DNA from: Squalus acanthias
Taxonomy: Eukaryota
Assembly (NCBI GenBank): GCA_030390025.1
Contig: CM059425.1
Span: 168,642,001 to 168,706,000, forward strand
DNA length: 64,000 bases
Direction of reading: 5' to 3'
A program made the translations under genes and the position numbers. Below are positions 1 through 12,577 of this stretch, one piece after another (position 1 is the first letter of the stretch; every line of letters starts with the position of its first letter). Below the pieces are notes generated by a model that made no database searches, had not been told where the DNA came from, and was given only the letters and a program-made list of their open reading frames with translations.

Positions 1-125
1 TTGGAATCTTGTTGTCTACACATTGACTGCCATGTTTGCCAACATAAAAACAGTAATTACAATTCAAAAGTAATTTATTGGTTGTGAAGTGAATTTGGAA
101 GATGCTATATGCAAATTAATTCTTT
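1..125 (+). mobile_element. 3' tail fragment of Deu-SINE/L2-type element
   Basis: Degenerate match to the tails at 17780-17898 and 28030-28140. Confidence 0.55.
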
Positions 126-204
126 CAAGCTTTTTACTTCTAGTAAGCTGGAGTAAATATAGACCTAATTTATAGTCAAAATCTAATCAAATGTGATTCT
201 TGAC

Positions 205-385
205 TTCATAGTTACATAGAGTCTACAACATAGAAACAGGCCATTTGGCCCAACTGGTCTGTGCCAGTGTTTATGCTCCACGTAAGCCTCCTCTCAGCCC
301 TCTTCATCTAACCCTATCAGCATAACCTTCTACTCCTTTCTCCATTATGTGCTTATCTAGCTTCCCCTTAAATGCAACTTCATTG
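205..385 (-). mobile_element. CR1-type 3' end fragment
   Basis: catag repeats followed by aggccatttggccc tail motif, as in the other CR1 tails in the window. Confidence 0.55.
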
Positions 386-851
386 CATTCATGCATTTTA
401 TTTTAGGACAATTAAATCTTTCTCATCTAAATTGTGCCTACTTTCTGTAATCAATACTGTCTGATCAAGAACAAATAATCCAAAATTTACTTGGAGACAC
501 AAAGATGTAGGAGATGGAACAAAACACAATGCATTCCTAACCTTATATTTGTAACCGTCAATCCACTGTGTAGGTACAGGTCTGATCGGTATTATTGCTG
601 TGCCTTCAAAGCAGCTCCAATGACATTGGATGAAGGGAAGCAAAATGCATAATACTTTATTGGAGAAACCTAATAATTGTAATTTGATATTTGAAAGGAT
701 AGTATTTAACTCTACTTACCATAGAATATATTCACACTTTTACCAAAACCATTTGGCTAGTGATTGTAATGCTTAGTGTTGCTAGTTTTGTCTGAAATAA
801 ATAAGAGCCAAATTCAGGAATAATTTGGTGCCTTGCCATATAGACTGAAAC

Positions 852-2432
852 ATATCAAGAAACAGCTGAGCGCACTGGATACAGCAGAGGCTTTGGCCCC
901 GACAACAACCCAGCTGTCGTGCTGACAATTTGTGCTCCAGAGCTAGCCGCGCCTCTAGCCAAGCTGTTCCAGTACAGCTCCAACACTGGCATCTACCTGA
1001 CAATGTGGAAAACTGCCCAGGTATGTCCTGTCTACAAAAAGCAGGACAAATCCAATCCGGCCAATTACCGCCTCATCAGTCCACTCTCAATCATCAGCAA
1101 AGTGATGGAAGGTATCATCGACTGTGCTATCGAGCGGCATTTATTCACCAATAACCTGCTCACAGATGCTCAGTTTGGGTTCCGCCAGGACCACTCGGCT
1201 CCAGACCTCATTACAGCCTTGATCCAAACATGGACAGAAGAGCTGAATTGCAGAGGTGAGGTGAGAGTGATTGCCCTTGACATCAAGGCAGCATTTGACC
1301 GAGTGTGGCATCAAGGAGCCCTAGTAAAACTGAAGTCAATGGGAATCGGGGGCGGGGGGGGCGGAAATTCTCCACTGGCTAGAGGCATACCTAGCACAAA
1401 GGAAAATGGAGGCCAATCATTTCAGCCCCAGGACATCGCTGCAGGAGTTCCTCAGGGCAGTGTCCTAGGCCCATCCATCTTCAGCTGCTTCATCAGTGAC
1501 CTTCCTTCCATCATATGGTCAGAAGTGAGGATGTTCGCTGATGATTGTGCAATGTTCAGTGCCATTCACAACTCCTCAGATAATGAAGCAGGCCTACCTG
1601 CATGCAGCAAGACCTGGACGGCATTCACGCTTGGACTGATAAGTGGCAAGTAACATTCGTGCCACATAAGTGCCGGGCAATGACCATCTCCAACAAAAGT
1701 GAGTCTAACCACCGCCCCTTGACATTCAACAGCATTACCATCGCCGAATCCCCCACCATCAAAATCCTGGGGATCACCATTGACCAGAAACTTAACTGGA
1801 CCAGCCACATAAATACTGTGGCAACAAGAGCAGGTCAGAGGCTGGGTATTCTGCGGCGAGTGTCTCACCTCCTGATTCCCCAAAGCCTTTCCGCCATCTA
1901 CAAGGCACAAATAAGGAGTGTGATGGAACACTCTCTACTTGCCTGGGTGAGTGCAGCTCCAACAATACTCAAGAAGCTCGACACCATCCAGGACAACGCA
2001 GGCAGCTTGATTGCCACTCCATCCACCACCTTACACATTCACTTCCTCCACCACTGGCACACCGTGGCTGCAGTGTGTACCATCTACAAGATACACTGCA
2101 GCAACTCACCAAGGCTTCTTTGACAGCACCTCCCAAACCCGCTACCTCTTCCACCTAGAAGAATAAGGGCAGCAGGCGCATGGGAACACCATCACCTGCA
2201 AGTTACACACCATCCTGACTTGGAAATATATCGCTGTTCCTTCATCGTCACTGGGTCAAAATCTTGGAATTCCCTCCCTAACACCATTATGATGGAGGTA
2301 AGGTCACCGCACGGACTGCAGTGGTTCAAGAAGGTGGCTCACCACCAACTTCTCGAGGGCAATTAGGAATGGGCAGTAAATGCTGGCCTTGGCAGCGACG
2401 CCCACATCCCAGGAATGAATAATAAAAAAAAA
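852..2432 (+). mobile_element. 5'-truncated non-LTR retrotransposon, family B (CR1/Jockey group), frameshifted RT
   Basis: ORFs 919-1653 and 1602-2123: NYRLISPLSIISKVME, ALDIKAAFDRVWH, GVPQGSVLGP, FADD; A-rich tail at ~2420-2432. Confidence 0.92.
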
Positions 2433-3489
2433 ATTAATCAAGGCTTAGAGTTGTGCTGCTGCAGGAACAGAAACTGGCGAGGGTTACTCATCCAGTGTAA
2501 AAGCACCTCACCTGCCAACATAACAGATTAAAAATGTACTTGCTGTGCCATGGTAAGCTTTGGCAATGGAATGCATTTAAAGATCTGTTGGATCGGTTCC
2601 ATGCTATCATCAGTGATCCATTGCTGAATATACCCTGGTCAATCAGTAGAGTAATATTTAATTTTGAGTCCTGGTTAACATTTTAGGAGAAAGCAGTGAA
2701 TTAATGTCTGGAAAAGGTTGTGATCCTGTCTGCTGGATTTTCAATTAAGGGTTCATTTTCAGTGTCTACATAGTAATTGTATTCAATTAAATTTTTCGTT
2801 GCAAACCTTGCATTGTTCTATGTGCTTTATGATCAGGTCTTGCTAATAAATCAGATGTAAACTCTTGGCTAAACGGTTACAACATTAAAAGCCACAATTT
2901 CTACAAAACAGCATGGCAGCAATCTCTTATGGAGGGGAGAAGAGGGACTGTTTTTCTCATTTTAACAAAATTGTGCTATGTTGCCTACTTGTGCCTTGTT
3001 CTAAGCTGCTTTTATATTGATCTTGTGTTGCTGACGCTGTGGTCTCATGCAGCCTGTGACACCTGAAAGCTCAATTGGCTGGATTTTACAACTCAAGGGT
3101 CGAAAAGGACTCATTTTTACTTGGATCTTCTTGACTGCTGCTGTAAATGTGCTGTTCCAGTGTCAGCAGCACATTTACTGACAATGACTGTGACCCAACA
3201 TCATCACATACATACACAATGACACCTAGTTTGCTGTCATTACACCGCCTTCTGCTAACATCGGGACACCAGTGCTTCAAGGCCAGTCTACACAGATGTG
3301 ACGTAGATGTAACCAGTTTGCAAGAAACTGCAGGAAAGCAGCACACTTATGTGCTCTAAAAACATTTCAAATTTAACGACTGAGTGAAACTCTCTGCTGA
3401 GACCGCACCTTAATCTGTTACTTGTTGTCACGAATTTGATTCGTTTACAGGCTAAAAGGCGAAACTTGGCTGTGATAGTTCTTGACACA

Positions 3490-4219
3490 TTGCCCGTAAT
3501 TTGTGGTCAGCGGCGAATCAAAGGTGTTTGCGCTGGCCCCGAAGTAAGCTTCGCAAAAAGATCTTGCGATCTCTGTGTTGAGAAGTTCGCATTTTCCGAT
3601 GTGTAATTCAAATCAAATTAATATAGTAGGAATCCCATAGTGCGAGCTGCTGTGACGTCAATAAGCTGTCTAAGCAGCCAGTCAAAACGCAGAATTCCTA
3701 GACAGCGAACCAGGAAGTGGGTAAGCTCTTAAAATTCTAACTTTTTTAAAATGTTAGAGCAAAACAAAGATTGGGGCTCTCTTTTTGAAAATTTCTTAAT
3801 TTTTATTACAATGGATAAATTTGACACTGCACAAAATTAAAATGAGCTTTTCAGGCCCATAACCTTTGTTTAGCAGTCAATATGCTGTTAAAACCTCAGT
3901 TGCACCTAATCCCTTTCAGTTTAACTTTTAATGGGGAATTTAACAACATAATTACTGTGGAAGAGCCAAAGTTTTCATCGGGTTCCATGATTTGAGAGGT
4001 TTCACTGATGGCTGGCTCTGTGGTGGGTGGGGGTGGGGCGGGGGGGGAGGGGTTGCACAGTGCAGCCTGTGGAGGAGCAGTGAATGACAGACCCCAACTT
4101 CAGGATTTCTGCATTAGGCTGCGCATGCGCTAAATCCTAAAGTTGCGATGCGTTTCAAAGGCGCAATGACGGTGAATGCTGCCAGTTCGCCGTCATCAGG
4201 ACCGCAGATTCCGGGCCAA
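3490..4219. mobile_element. MITE, probably non-autonomous PIF/Harbinger
   Basis: Imperfect TIRs tgcccgtaatttgtggtc ... gaccgcagattccgggcc; non-coding; CpG-richer than flanks. Confidence 0.6.
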
Positions 4220-4661
4220 TGTTGTCATTCAGGTGCTTGACTACAAAAATCACACAACAGAGTAATTGCTGATGGATTAATTACACTCTGGTCTGGTTGT
4301 GGTGTGAGGCAATTAACCAGCACCACAACTGGCTGGTGTTCTGCCATCAGCTGTTGGTAGGTCTGTCCTGCACTGACAGTTTAGTTGAGTTTTAGAAATT
4401 CACTGTTTTGGACATTGTGGTTGTGAACCACGTGGTACCCGTCTGTGGCACAGCACATGGGTACACTAACTTATTCAAATGTTCTCGAACCTTTTTGAAA
4501 AAATAAGGTCAGTAACTTCAGATATATACCTATTTTGCAGTAGTCAATCTATTTATCTATTTAATTTAAAACTAATTCTACATTTTAATGATGCATATAA
4601 ATGGTTGAATTTAAATGTTGTATCTCTTAAAAGTGCTGAATTTTTTTTCCTCCTTTTACAG

Positions 4662-4719
4662 TCGGATAGCTACTTTTGCACAGTTGTTCCAGTGCCGCCT
4701 GGTCAGAAATCGTATATAG
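4662..4719 (+). CDS. PAM: PAM internal coding exon (SDSYFCTVVPVPPGQKSYI+G), PHM domain
   Basis: Polypyrimidine tract with ttacAG acceptor and G|GTAAGT donor; 58 nt, phase 0 to 1; matches PAM SDTYFC motif. Confidence 0.93.
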
Positions 4720-4940
4720 GTAAGTGTTCACTACCAGCAAGAATGAAGTATTTTCATTCTGGTTTAGAGTGTATGCTGTTCTGTAATAATTTTCTTATTG
4801 AGAGCATGGTGCATTCCAGTGGCTGTAGCATAATCTTTCATTGTCATTAGTAAATCTGCACAGGAATACAGACTTGTATGGAGCATAAATGCAGGCATAG
4901 ACCAGTTGGGCCAAATGTTTCTGTGCTGTGGACTCGATGT

Positions 4941-5548
4941 ACATAAGAAATAGGAACAGGAGTAGGCCATTCAGCCCTTCGAGCCTGCTCCGCCATTCAA
5001 TGAGATCATGGCTGATCCTCTGCCTCAACTCCATTCACCGGCCTTATCGCCATATCCCTTGATGCCCTTACTAGTCAGAAATCTATCGACTTCTGTTTTG
5101 AATGTACCCAATAACTGAGCCTCCACAGCCCTCTGGGGTAGAGAATGCCAAAGATTCACCACCCTCTGAAGAAATTTCTTCTCATCTCAGTCCTGAATGG
5201 CCTACCCTTTATCTTGAGGCTGTGGCCCCTGGTTCTAGACTCCCCAGCCAAGGGAAACATTCTCCCAGCATCCTTCCTATCAAGCCCTGTAATAATTTTG
5301 TATGCTTCAATGAGATCCCCTCTCATTCTTCTGAATTCAAGAGAATACAGGCCTAGTTTACTCAATCTCTTCTCATACGACAGTCCCGCCATCTCAGGAA
5401 TCAATCTCGTGAACCTTCGTTGCACTCCCTCTGTGGCAAGTATATCCTTCCTTAGGTAAGGAGACCAAAATTATACACAGTACTCCAGGTGTGGTCTTAC
5501 CAAGGCCCTATATAATTGGAGTAAGACTTCTTTACTCCTGTACTCAAA
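4941..5548 (-). mobile_element. CR1 LINE (HER1-like, family A) 3' fragment
   Basis: ORF 5156-5425 QRRFTRLIP...RRMRGDLIE; cctactcctg tail. Confidence 0.9.
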
Positions 5549-6542
5549 ATAGAGGATTTTCCACCAGTAGCCATATTGCATCAGTACTATGTTGCATCAG
5601 GAGCTCTACATTGCTGGGTTTAGTTTTTAAGTGTAATTTTTAAAAAAAAATTGTTTTATTGAATTAATCTACACTTTTTAAAAAAAACAAGTTGAATGGT
5701 ACAATATCAGGCCTTCAACTTGTGTGCTCACTCCAAAAATGTTCTTTATTGGACAAATAAATTTAAAACAGTTTGAACATCTTTGTAAAAGGCTGTTTAA
5801 AATATTAGTGATTTTTATTTATGCCCGGAAGATCATGGCTCACCAAAAGATTGCATGTTTTTCTCAAAAGTGTACATAAAATACTTATCCAAATCATTCA
5901 GCTGAGTGTAGTCCACAGTTTGTGCGTTTTGTTATACATTTTTCTTGTTTCTTTGTAGGTTTTATTGGTATGTACATAAGACTACAGGAGCTGTAACTTG
6001 TTCCATATTTGAAAGGTTCCTTGGATGCCCCTTAATGCTCTGCTACAAACAATACAGATGTGCTGAAAATATTGTACTAAATTTGCAATTATTGTATTAA
6101 TTTTATACAAAAAGTTGAAAGGCCAAATCTTGCTGGAGCCAGGCATCTCGCGGCATACACTGTTACTGAGACTTTTTCTACTCCCTTAAGCTCAAAAAAA
6201 TTTCTGCCGTAACTTGCTGGAAGTGCAAGCTGAGGCGAGGTCAACGGAACATCTGTGACCTTAGTGAACAGCTGGACCAATAGTCTCTTTAACCAATGAG
6301 ATTTAAGAATTGAGAAACAGGAACGACAGAGAAGGAGTGTGAATAATCGTGGCGAGTTAGAGTCAAATCAGGTACAGAAAGAGAACTAAAGAGAGGGAAA
6401 GAAAGATTGGATTACGAGAGAGAAAAAGAGAAAGAAAGGAAGAGTAAGAGAAAGCTTACTTAAATTTAAAATTTGAAATTTTAAAATCTCTAAGAAGAAT
6501 TTACTACATGCAGAAATGAGACTGAACAGGTTAAATTGTTCC

Positions 6543-7292
6543 AAAAGCAAAATACTGCAGGTGCTGGAAATCTGAACTAAAAACAGAAAATGCTGGAAAC
6601 ACTCAGCAAGTGAGGCAACATCTGGGGAGAGAGAAACAGAGTTAACGTTTCAGGTCGATGAAGAACCGGAAAAGGTTACTGATGTAACAGATTTTAAGCA
6701 AGTACAGAGGCAGGGAAAGGGGGGATGAGAGGAAAGGGGAAGGTCTGCGATAGGGTGGAAGGCAGGAGAGATTGAATGCAAGGCAAAAGGAGATGGTAAT
6801 GATGCAAGTAAAGAAGCAAAAGATGGGTCTAGTAGAGGTGTAAATGGGAATATCAGAGTCATCATCAACAGCTGCTGTCTGGAAAAAATGGGGGCAGAGG
6901 TTATGATTCTGAAATTGTTGAACTCAATGTTGAGTCCGGAAGGCTTGAAGTGCCTAATCGAAAGATGAGGTGCTGTTCCTGAAACTTACGTTGAGCTTCA
7001 TTGGAACAGTGTAGGAGGCCGAAGACAGAGAGGTCAGAGTGGGAGTGGGGTGGAGAATTAGTGACAAGCGACCGGAAGCTCAGGGTCAAGCTTGCCGACT
7101 GAATGGAGGTGTTCTGCAAAGCGGTCTCCCCAATGTAGAGGAGATCGCATCGTGAGCAGCGAATACAGTATACTAAATTGAAAGAAGTACAAATAAATCG
7201 CTGTTTCACCTGGAAGGAGTGCAACACCTGCCCTTTTACCTCCTCTCTTCCCACCGTTCAGGGCCCCAAACACTCCTTCCAGGTGAAACAGC
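6543..7292 (-). mobile_element. Penelope-like element 3' portion (GIY-YIG endonuclease) with a short inverted 5' segment
   Basis: LVYCIRCSRCDLLYIGET, FAEH, EQHLIFRLGT motifs in ORFs 6901-7254 and 7058-7426; terminal sequence recurs at 40830, 56520 and 58715. Confidence 0.85.
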
Positions 7293-7590
7293 CTTGCTTT
7301 AGATTGTTTTCTTCCTTTGTCAGATCCAAGGCACATAATTTCCTGACCCCAAGTATTTGCCAGTGCTGCTATTAACTCAGCTTCTCTGAGGTGTTTGAGA
7401 GTAATTTGGGCTAATCTGCCCTGCAATTTTTATCTCCCAGTGATCATACATGAGTCTTTTGGTTAGTACCTTTTTCTGAAGATGTAGCTGTGAACAAAAA
7501 CTCGCTGAGAATATTCGATGTAACCCCTCATTGTAGCATACCCTGGAATACCCCAATGCTGCCATACACTTTTTAAATTAAAAACTTGAT

Positions 7591-8857
7591 AAGAACATAA
7601 CGTAAGAAGTAGGAGCAGGAGTAGGCCATTTGGCCCTTCGAGCCTGCTCCATCATTCAATAAGATCTTGGCTGATCATCTACCTCAATTCCACCTTCCCA
7701 CACTATCCCCATATCCCTTGATTCCCTTAATATCCAAAAATCTATCGATCTCTGTCTTGAATATACTCAACAACTCAGCATCCACAGCTCTCTGGGGTAG
7801 AGAATTACAAAGAATTACATTTCCTTATTCCCCATTTTAATTTCTCCTGTCTCTCTCTCTAAGGGACCCATGGTTTACATTTGCTAATCGCTTTTTTACA
7901 TAGCTATAGAAGCTTTTACAATCTGCTTTTATGCCTCTTGCGAGTTTACTCTCATTCTCTTTTCTCTTTCTTTATCAATTTCTTGATCATCCTTTGCTGA
8001 ATTCTAAAATCCTCCTGATCCTCAGACTTGCTACTCTTTTTGGCAACATTATAAGCCTCTTCCTTTAATCTAATACTACTTTTAACTTCTCTTGTTAGCC
8101 ATGGTTGGACTACTTTTCCCGTGGGGTTTTTATTCCTTAGGGGAATGTATATTCAGTTCGAATTATGGATTAATTCTTTAAATGTTTGCCATTGCTTATC
8201 TATCGTCCTATATTTTAATCTAGTTTCCTAATCTACGTTAGTCAACTCGCCCTTCATACCTATGTAGTTTGCTTTGTTCAGATTTAAGATCCTAGTTTCG
8301 GACTTAACTAAATCACTCTCAAGCTCAATATAAAATTCCATTGTATTATGATCACTCTTCCCCAGAGGCTCCTTTACCACACGGTTATTAATTCACCCTT
8401 TCTTATTGCACAGCAGTAGATCTTAATTAGCCTGTTCTCTAGTTGGATCCTCAACGTACTGATCTATGCAGTCCACGAACTTGCCTTCCACACTATTACT
8501 GCAAATTTGGTTTGGCCAGTCTATAGGTAGATTAAAGTCCCCCATGATTACTGTATTACCCTTGTTACTTGCACCTCTAATTTCCTGATTTATACTCTGC
8601 CCGACACTACAACTACTGTTAGGGGGCCTATAAACTCCTCCCACCAGTGTTTTCTGCCCCTTGTTGTTTCTTAGCTCTACCCAAACTGATTCCACATCTT
8701 GATTTTCCAAGCTAAGATCCTTTCTCTCTACTGTCTTTATCCTATCCTTTATTATCAGGGCTACCCCCCCACCCCCCCTTTTCCATTTTGCCTATCTCTT
8801 CTAAAAGTCAAGTATCCTGGAATATTTAGTTGCCAACCTTTGTCACTCTGCAACCAT
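7591..8857 (-). mobile_element. CR1 LINE remnant: 3' tail joined to endonuclease-region fragment
   Basis: Tail at 7591-7812; ORF 8423-8710 ESVWVEL...GVYRPP...MGDFN (APE endonuclease motifs). Confidence 0.8.
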
Positions 8858-10680
8858 GATAAGTGAGCTTTTAACTGCCTTAATAAAATAAAACAATCAG
8901 GAGAAGCCATCTGTCAACCTACTTACCAGATTTATAGTCCATACTTCCATGGTCATGCTATATCCAGGAAAAACAACAGTAGTGTTGTGGGACTGTTGAA
9001 AACTGACACTTAATGTACAGCATGTTCTTTTTATAAACTGTACATAGAAGAGATGGAAGTCATTAAATCATTTTTTTAACATTTTTAATTGGATTATTAT
9101 TTTCTATTGAGATGTAATGGATGGTAGTCATTTTTAATGGTTCTTTAGTATCTGCAGATTATTTACTGCTTTTAAAATAATTAGATTTATTTCCCAGCTT
9201 TGCATCTACTATATCTCAACTATAAGAGCTTGAGTTTAAATCAGCTGTAAACTTCTAGCTTAGACATTGACTAATGTTAAATAAACAGGGCCGGAGTGAT
9301 GGAGACCTAAGATTTATAACTGCTGTAGCACTGCATGCAAATCCTTCTAGCAAAGCTCAAGCATCCAATTTGTATTGTATTGGTTTTCTGTCTGAGGCTG
9401 AATGCTTTATCCTGGTCCATTGAACAGACTGTTTATTTACCTGACAGTAAAGGCAGTAAATCCTTCACCCTCCACAATCAGCAAAGAGTACAATATAATA
9501 TTTGTTGTCCATTGATGATTAATTTGTTTATTCAAGTAGCTGAAAAATGACAAGGTAGTAATGGTGCACACAGTCCTGGTAACCGCATAAACCTCCTTCT
9601 GAATTATGTGGTTATGACCAAAGTACGAGTACTGTAGTTTGTTTCATCAGTCCTACTGTTTTGTAATGATCTTTTCAATCAACTTGAATTTACAAACTCT
9701 TAAAGTGAACAGTTCACTCGTCAAGGTCATGTCATTTATATTTGGAGTTTGCATTAATTTTACAAAACACTAAACATAAATTGTGCTGTCAGTACAGAAA
9801 TTGCCTTCGAGCTATACCCTAATACTGGATGGTTGGTTTGTCTGACATACATTTGACCTTCTGAAAGTTACATATAGTGCCACTCTGGGCTGCTGCTCGG
9901 CTGTAGTGATAGCTGAGCGGGGATCCAATGCTGTACAGAATTGAGCCTGACAGAAAGTAAGCGAACCAATAAATTGAACTGTCTGAATCTTATCCCTGCT
10001 TTACTCACTCGACTGACTAGTAAATAAATGTTGCTCTTCATGGACAGATTCATGTCAAATAGTCAACACTTTCATTAGCTAAGGAATGCGGGGAATGTGT
10101 AATGAAATTATTTTCCCAAGAAGCCTCCACTGTATATGTTGGGAGGAATTCAGGTTTATATTTTGTAATCCCTGCATGCCGTGATAATTAACACTTTACA
10201 TTATGGATGTATAGTATTGGTACAGATTTACTAACTGGGTAAAGTAAAAATCACACTCATAATACTGTATTCATATAGAGTCATAAACATATCTTAAACA
10301 AAAGGGATGGAATTGTTGTTCTGAGAGATTGTTTGATGACCAGTTAGGCACTGTAATTTACAGGTTCAGCAGCAACACAGCATGGGAATGGTCCTTAAAA
10401 ATTTGATGTAGGAGGTGCAATATCTAACCAGAGAAGCTTTATTATGGAAATAATTGCCCCTTTGGCTAAAAAAAAAATGTTTTACCCACCCCAGGGACTT
10501 AACATCCCTAGCGGGATGGTCAGTAGCACTTCAGAAAGAAGCAGGCCTCTAGTTTCTCCTTCCTCTTCTACCACCCACAGTAGCTCTGTTTCTGCTTCTT
10601 CCAATGGTGGGGCTCAAATTAAGTAATGTTTTCGAGAATTACATCAGATACTTAAGTGAGGGCTGGAAGAGGGTTGTTGA

Positions 10681-11922
10681 CTTTGAGGATGTAACGAGCA
10701 GGGTGGACAAAAGTGAGCCAGTGGATGTGGTGTATTTGGATTTCCAGAAGGCATTCAATAAGGTGTCACACAAAAGGTTACTGCATAAGATAAGAGCTCA
10801 CGGGGTTGGGGGTAATACATTAGCATGGATAGAGAATTGGCTAACTAACAGAAAGCAGAGTGTCGGGATAAATGGGTCATTTTCCGGTTGGCAAACGGTA
10901 ACTAGTGGGATGCCACAGGGATCGGTGCTGGGGCCTCAACTATTTACAATCTACATTAATGACTTGGATGAAGGGACCGAGTGTAATATAGCCAAGTTTG
11001 TGGATGATACAAAGATGGGTGGGAAAGCAAGTTGTGCAGAGGACTCAAAGAATCTGCAAAGGGATATAGACAGGCTAAGTGAGTGGGCAAACATTTGGCA
11101 GATGGAGTATAATGTGGGAAAGTGTGAGGTTATCCACTTTGACAGGAAAAATAAAAAAGCTAATTATTATTTAAATAGAGAGTGATTACAAAATACTACA
11201 GTTCAGACAGACCTGGGGGTCCTTGTGCATGAAACACAAAAAGTTAGCATGCAGGTGCAGCAAGTAATCAAAAAGGCAAATGGAATGTTGGCCTTTATTG
11301 CAAGGGGGTTGGAGTATAAAAGCAGGGAAGTCCTGCTACAACTGTACAGGGTATTGGTGAGACCACACCTTGAGTACTGCGTACAGTTTTGGTCTCCTTA
11401 TTTAAGGAAGGATATACTTGCATTGGAGGCAGTTCAGAGACGATTCACTAGGTTAATTCCAGAGATGAGGGGGTTGACTTATGAAGAAAGGTTGAGCAGG
11501 TTGGGCCTATACTCATTGGAATTTAGAAGAATGAGAGGTGATCTTATTGAAACATATAAGATACTGAGGGGGCTCGACAAGGTAGATGCAGAGAGGATGT
11601 TTCCCCTCGTGGGGAAATCTAGAACTCGGGGGCATAGATTCAGAATAAAGGGTCGCCCTTTTAGAACTGAGATGAGGAGGAATTTCTTCTGAGGGTCGTA
11701 AATCTGTGGAATTCTCTGCCCCAGAGAGCCGTGGAGGCTGGGTCATTAAATACATTTAAGGTGGAGATAGACAGATTTTTGCAAGATAAGGGAGTGAAGG
11801 GTTATGGGGAGCGGGCTGGGAAGTGGCTTTGAGCCCAAGATCAGCCATGATCTTCTTGAATGGCGGAGCAGGCTCGAGGGGCCAAGTGGCCTATTCCTGC
11901 TCCTATTTCCTATGTTCTTATG
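10681..11922 (+). mobile_element. CR1 LINE (family A), 5'-truncated RT and 3' UTR
   Basis: YLDFQKAF, PQGSVLGP, FVDD, RPHLEYC motifs; cctattcctgctcctatttcctatgttcttatg tail. Confidence 0.93.
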
Positions 11923-12145
11923 TTCACTCAAGAACTTTTGAACAGCGAATTACAGGAGTAGCTGCTAACTGGAACTATGGAAAAGATTCTATCACAGAAG
12001 TATTTCTGTTACTTTGTTTTTAAAATTATTGAAGAGGGGGTGCTCTTGTCCCTCCTGGAGATTAGGGATTTGAACTTAATTAAAAATGGTTCTCTCATGC
12101 AGTTCATTCAGGTGGTATAGCCAATAGTGGATCGAAGCATACATA

Positions 12146-12577
12146 AAGAAAGAAATTGAATTTAAATAGCACCCTTCACAATCTCAGGATGTCCCAAAGC
12201 GCTTTATATCCAATGAAGTACTTTTGAAATGTAATCACTGTTGTAATGTAGGAAATGCAGCAGCAATTTGCGCATAGCAAATAGCAATGTGATAATGACC
12301 AGATAATCTGTTTTATTAGTGATGTTGGTTGAGGGATAAATATTGGCCAGGACACGGCTGAGAACTCTCCTGCTCTTCGAAATAGTGCCATGGCATCTTT
12401 GAAGTCCTCCTGAGATAGGGCCTCAGTTTAACGTCTCATCGGAAAGACAGCACCTCTGACAGTGCTGCATTGAAGTGTCAGCCTAGATTATGTGCTAAAG
12501 TCTCTGGAGTCAGACTTGAACCCACAACCTTCTGACTCAGAGGTGAGAGCACTCCCACTGAGCCATGGCTGACACCA
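12146..12577 (-). mobile_element. tRNA-derived Deu-domain SINE (SacSINE1-like)
   Basis: Minus strand shows tRNA-like head (ggctcagtgg...ggttcaagtc), Deu core GATGAGACGTTAAAC...CCTGGCCAATATTTATCCCTCAACC, and L2-like tail. Confidence 0.85.

Noticed and set aside
4019..4052. G-quadruplex-like G runs (also ~21493-21518 and poly-C at ~42120 and ~62500)
   Set aside because: Simple homopolymer tracts, partly inside repeats, with no evidence of function
4479..4850. 123-aa ORF as a standalone gene
   Set aside because: Only 4662-4719 matches PAM and is bounded by splice sites; the rest is intronic read-through
9860..10090. Unique-looking intron segment resembling a conserved non-coding element
   Set aside because: Conservation cannot be judged without cross-species alignment
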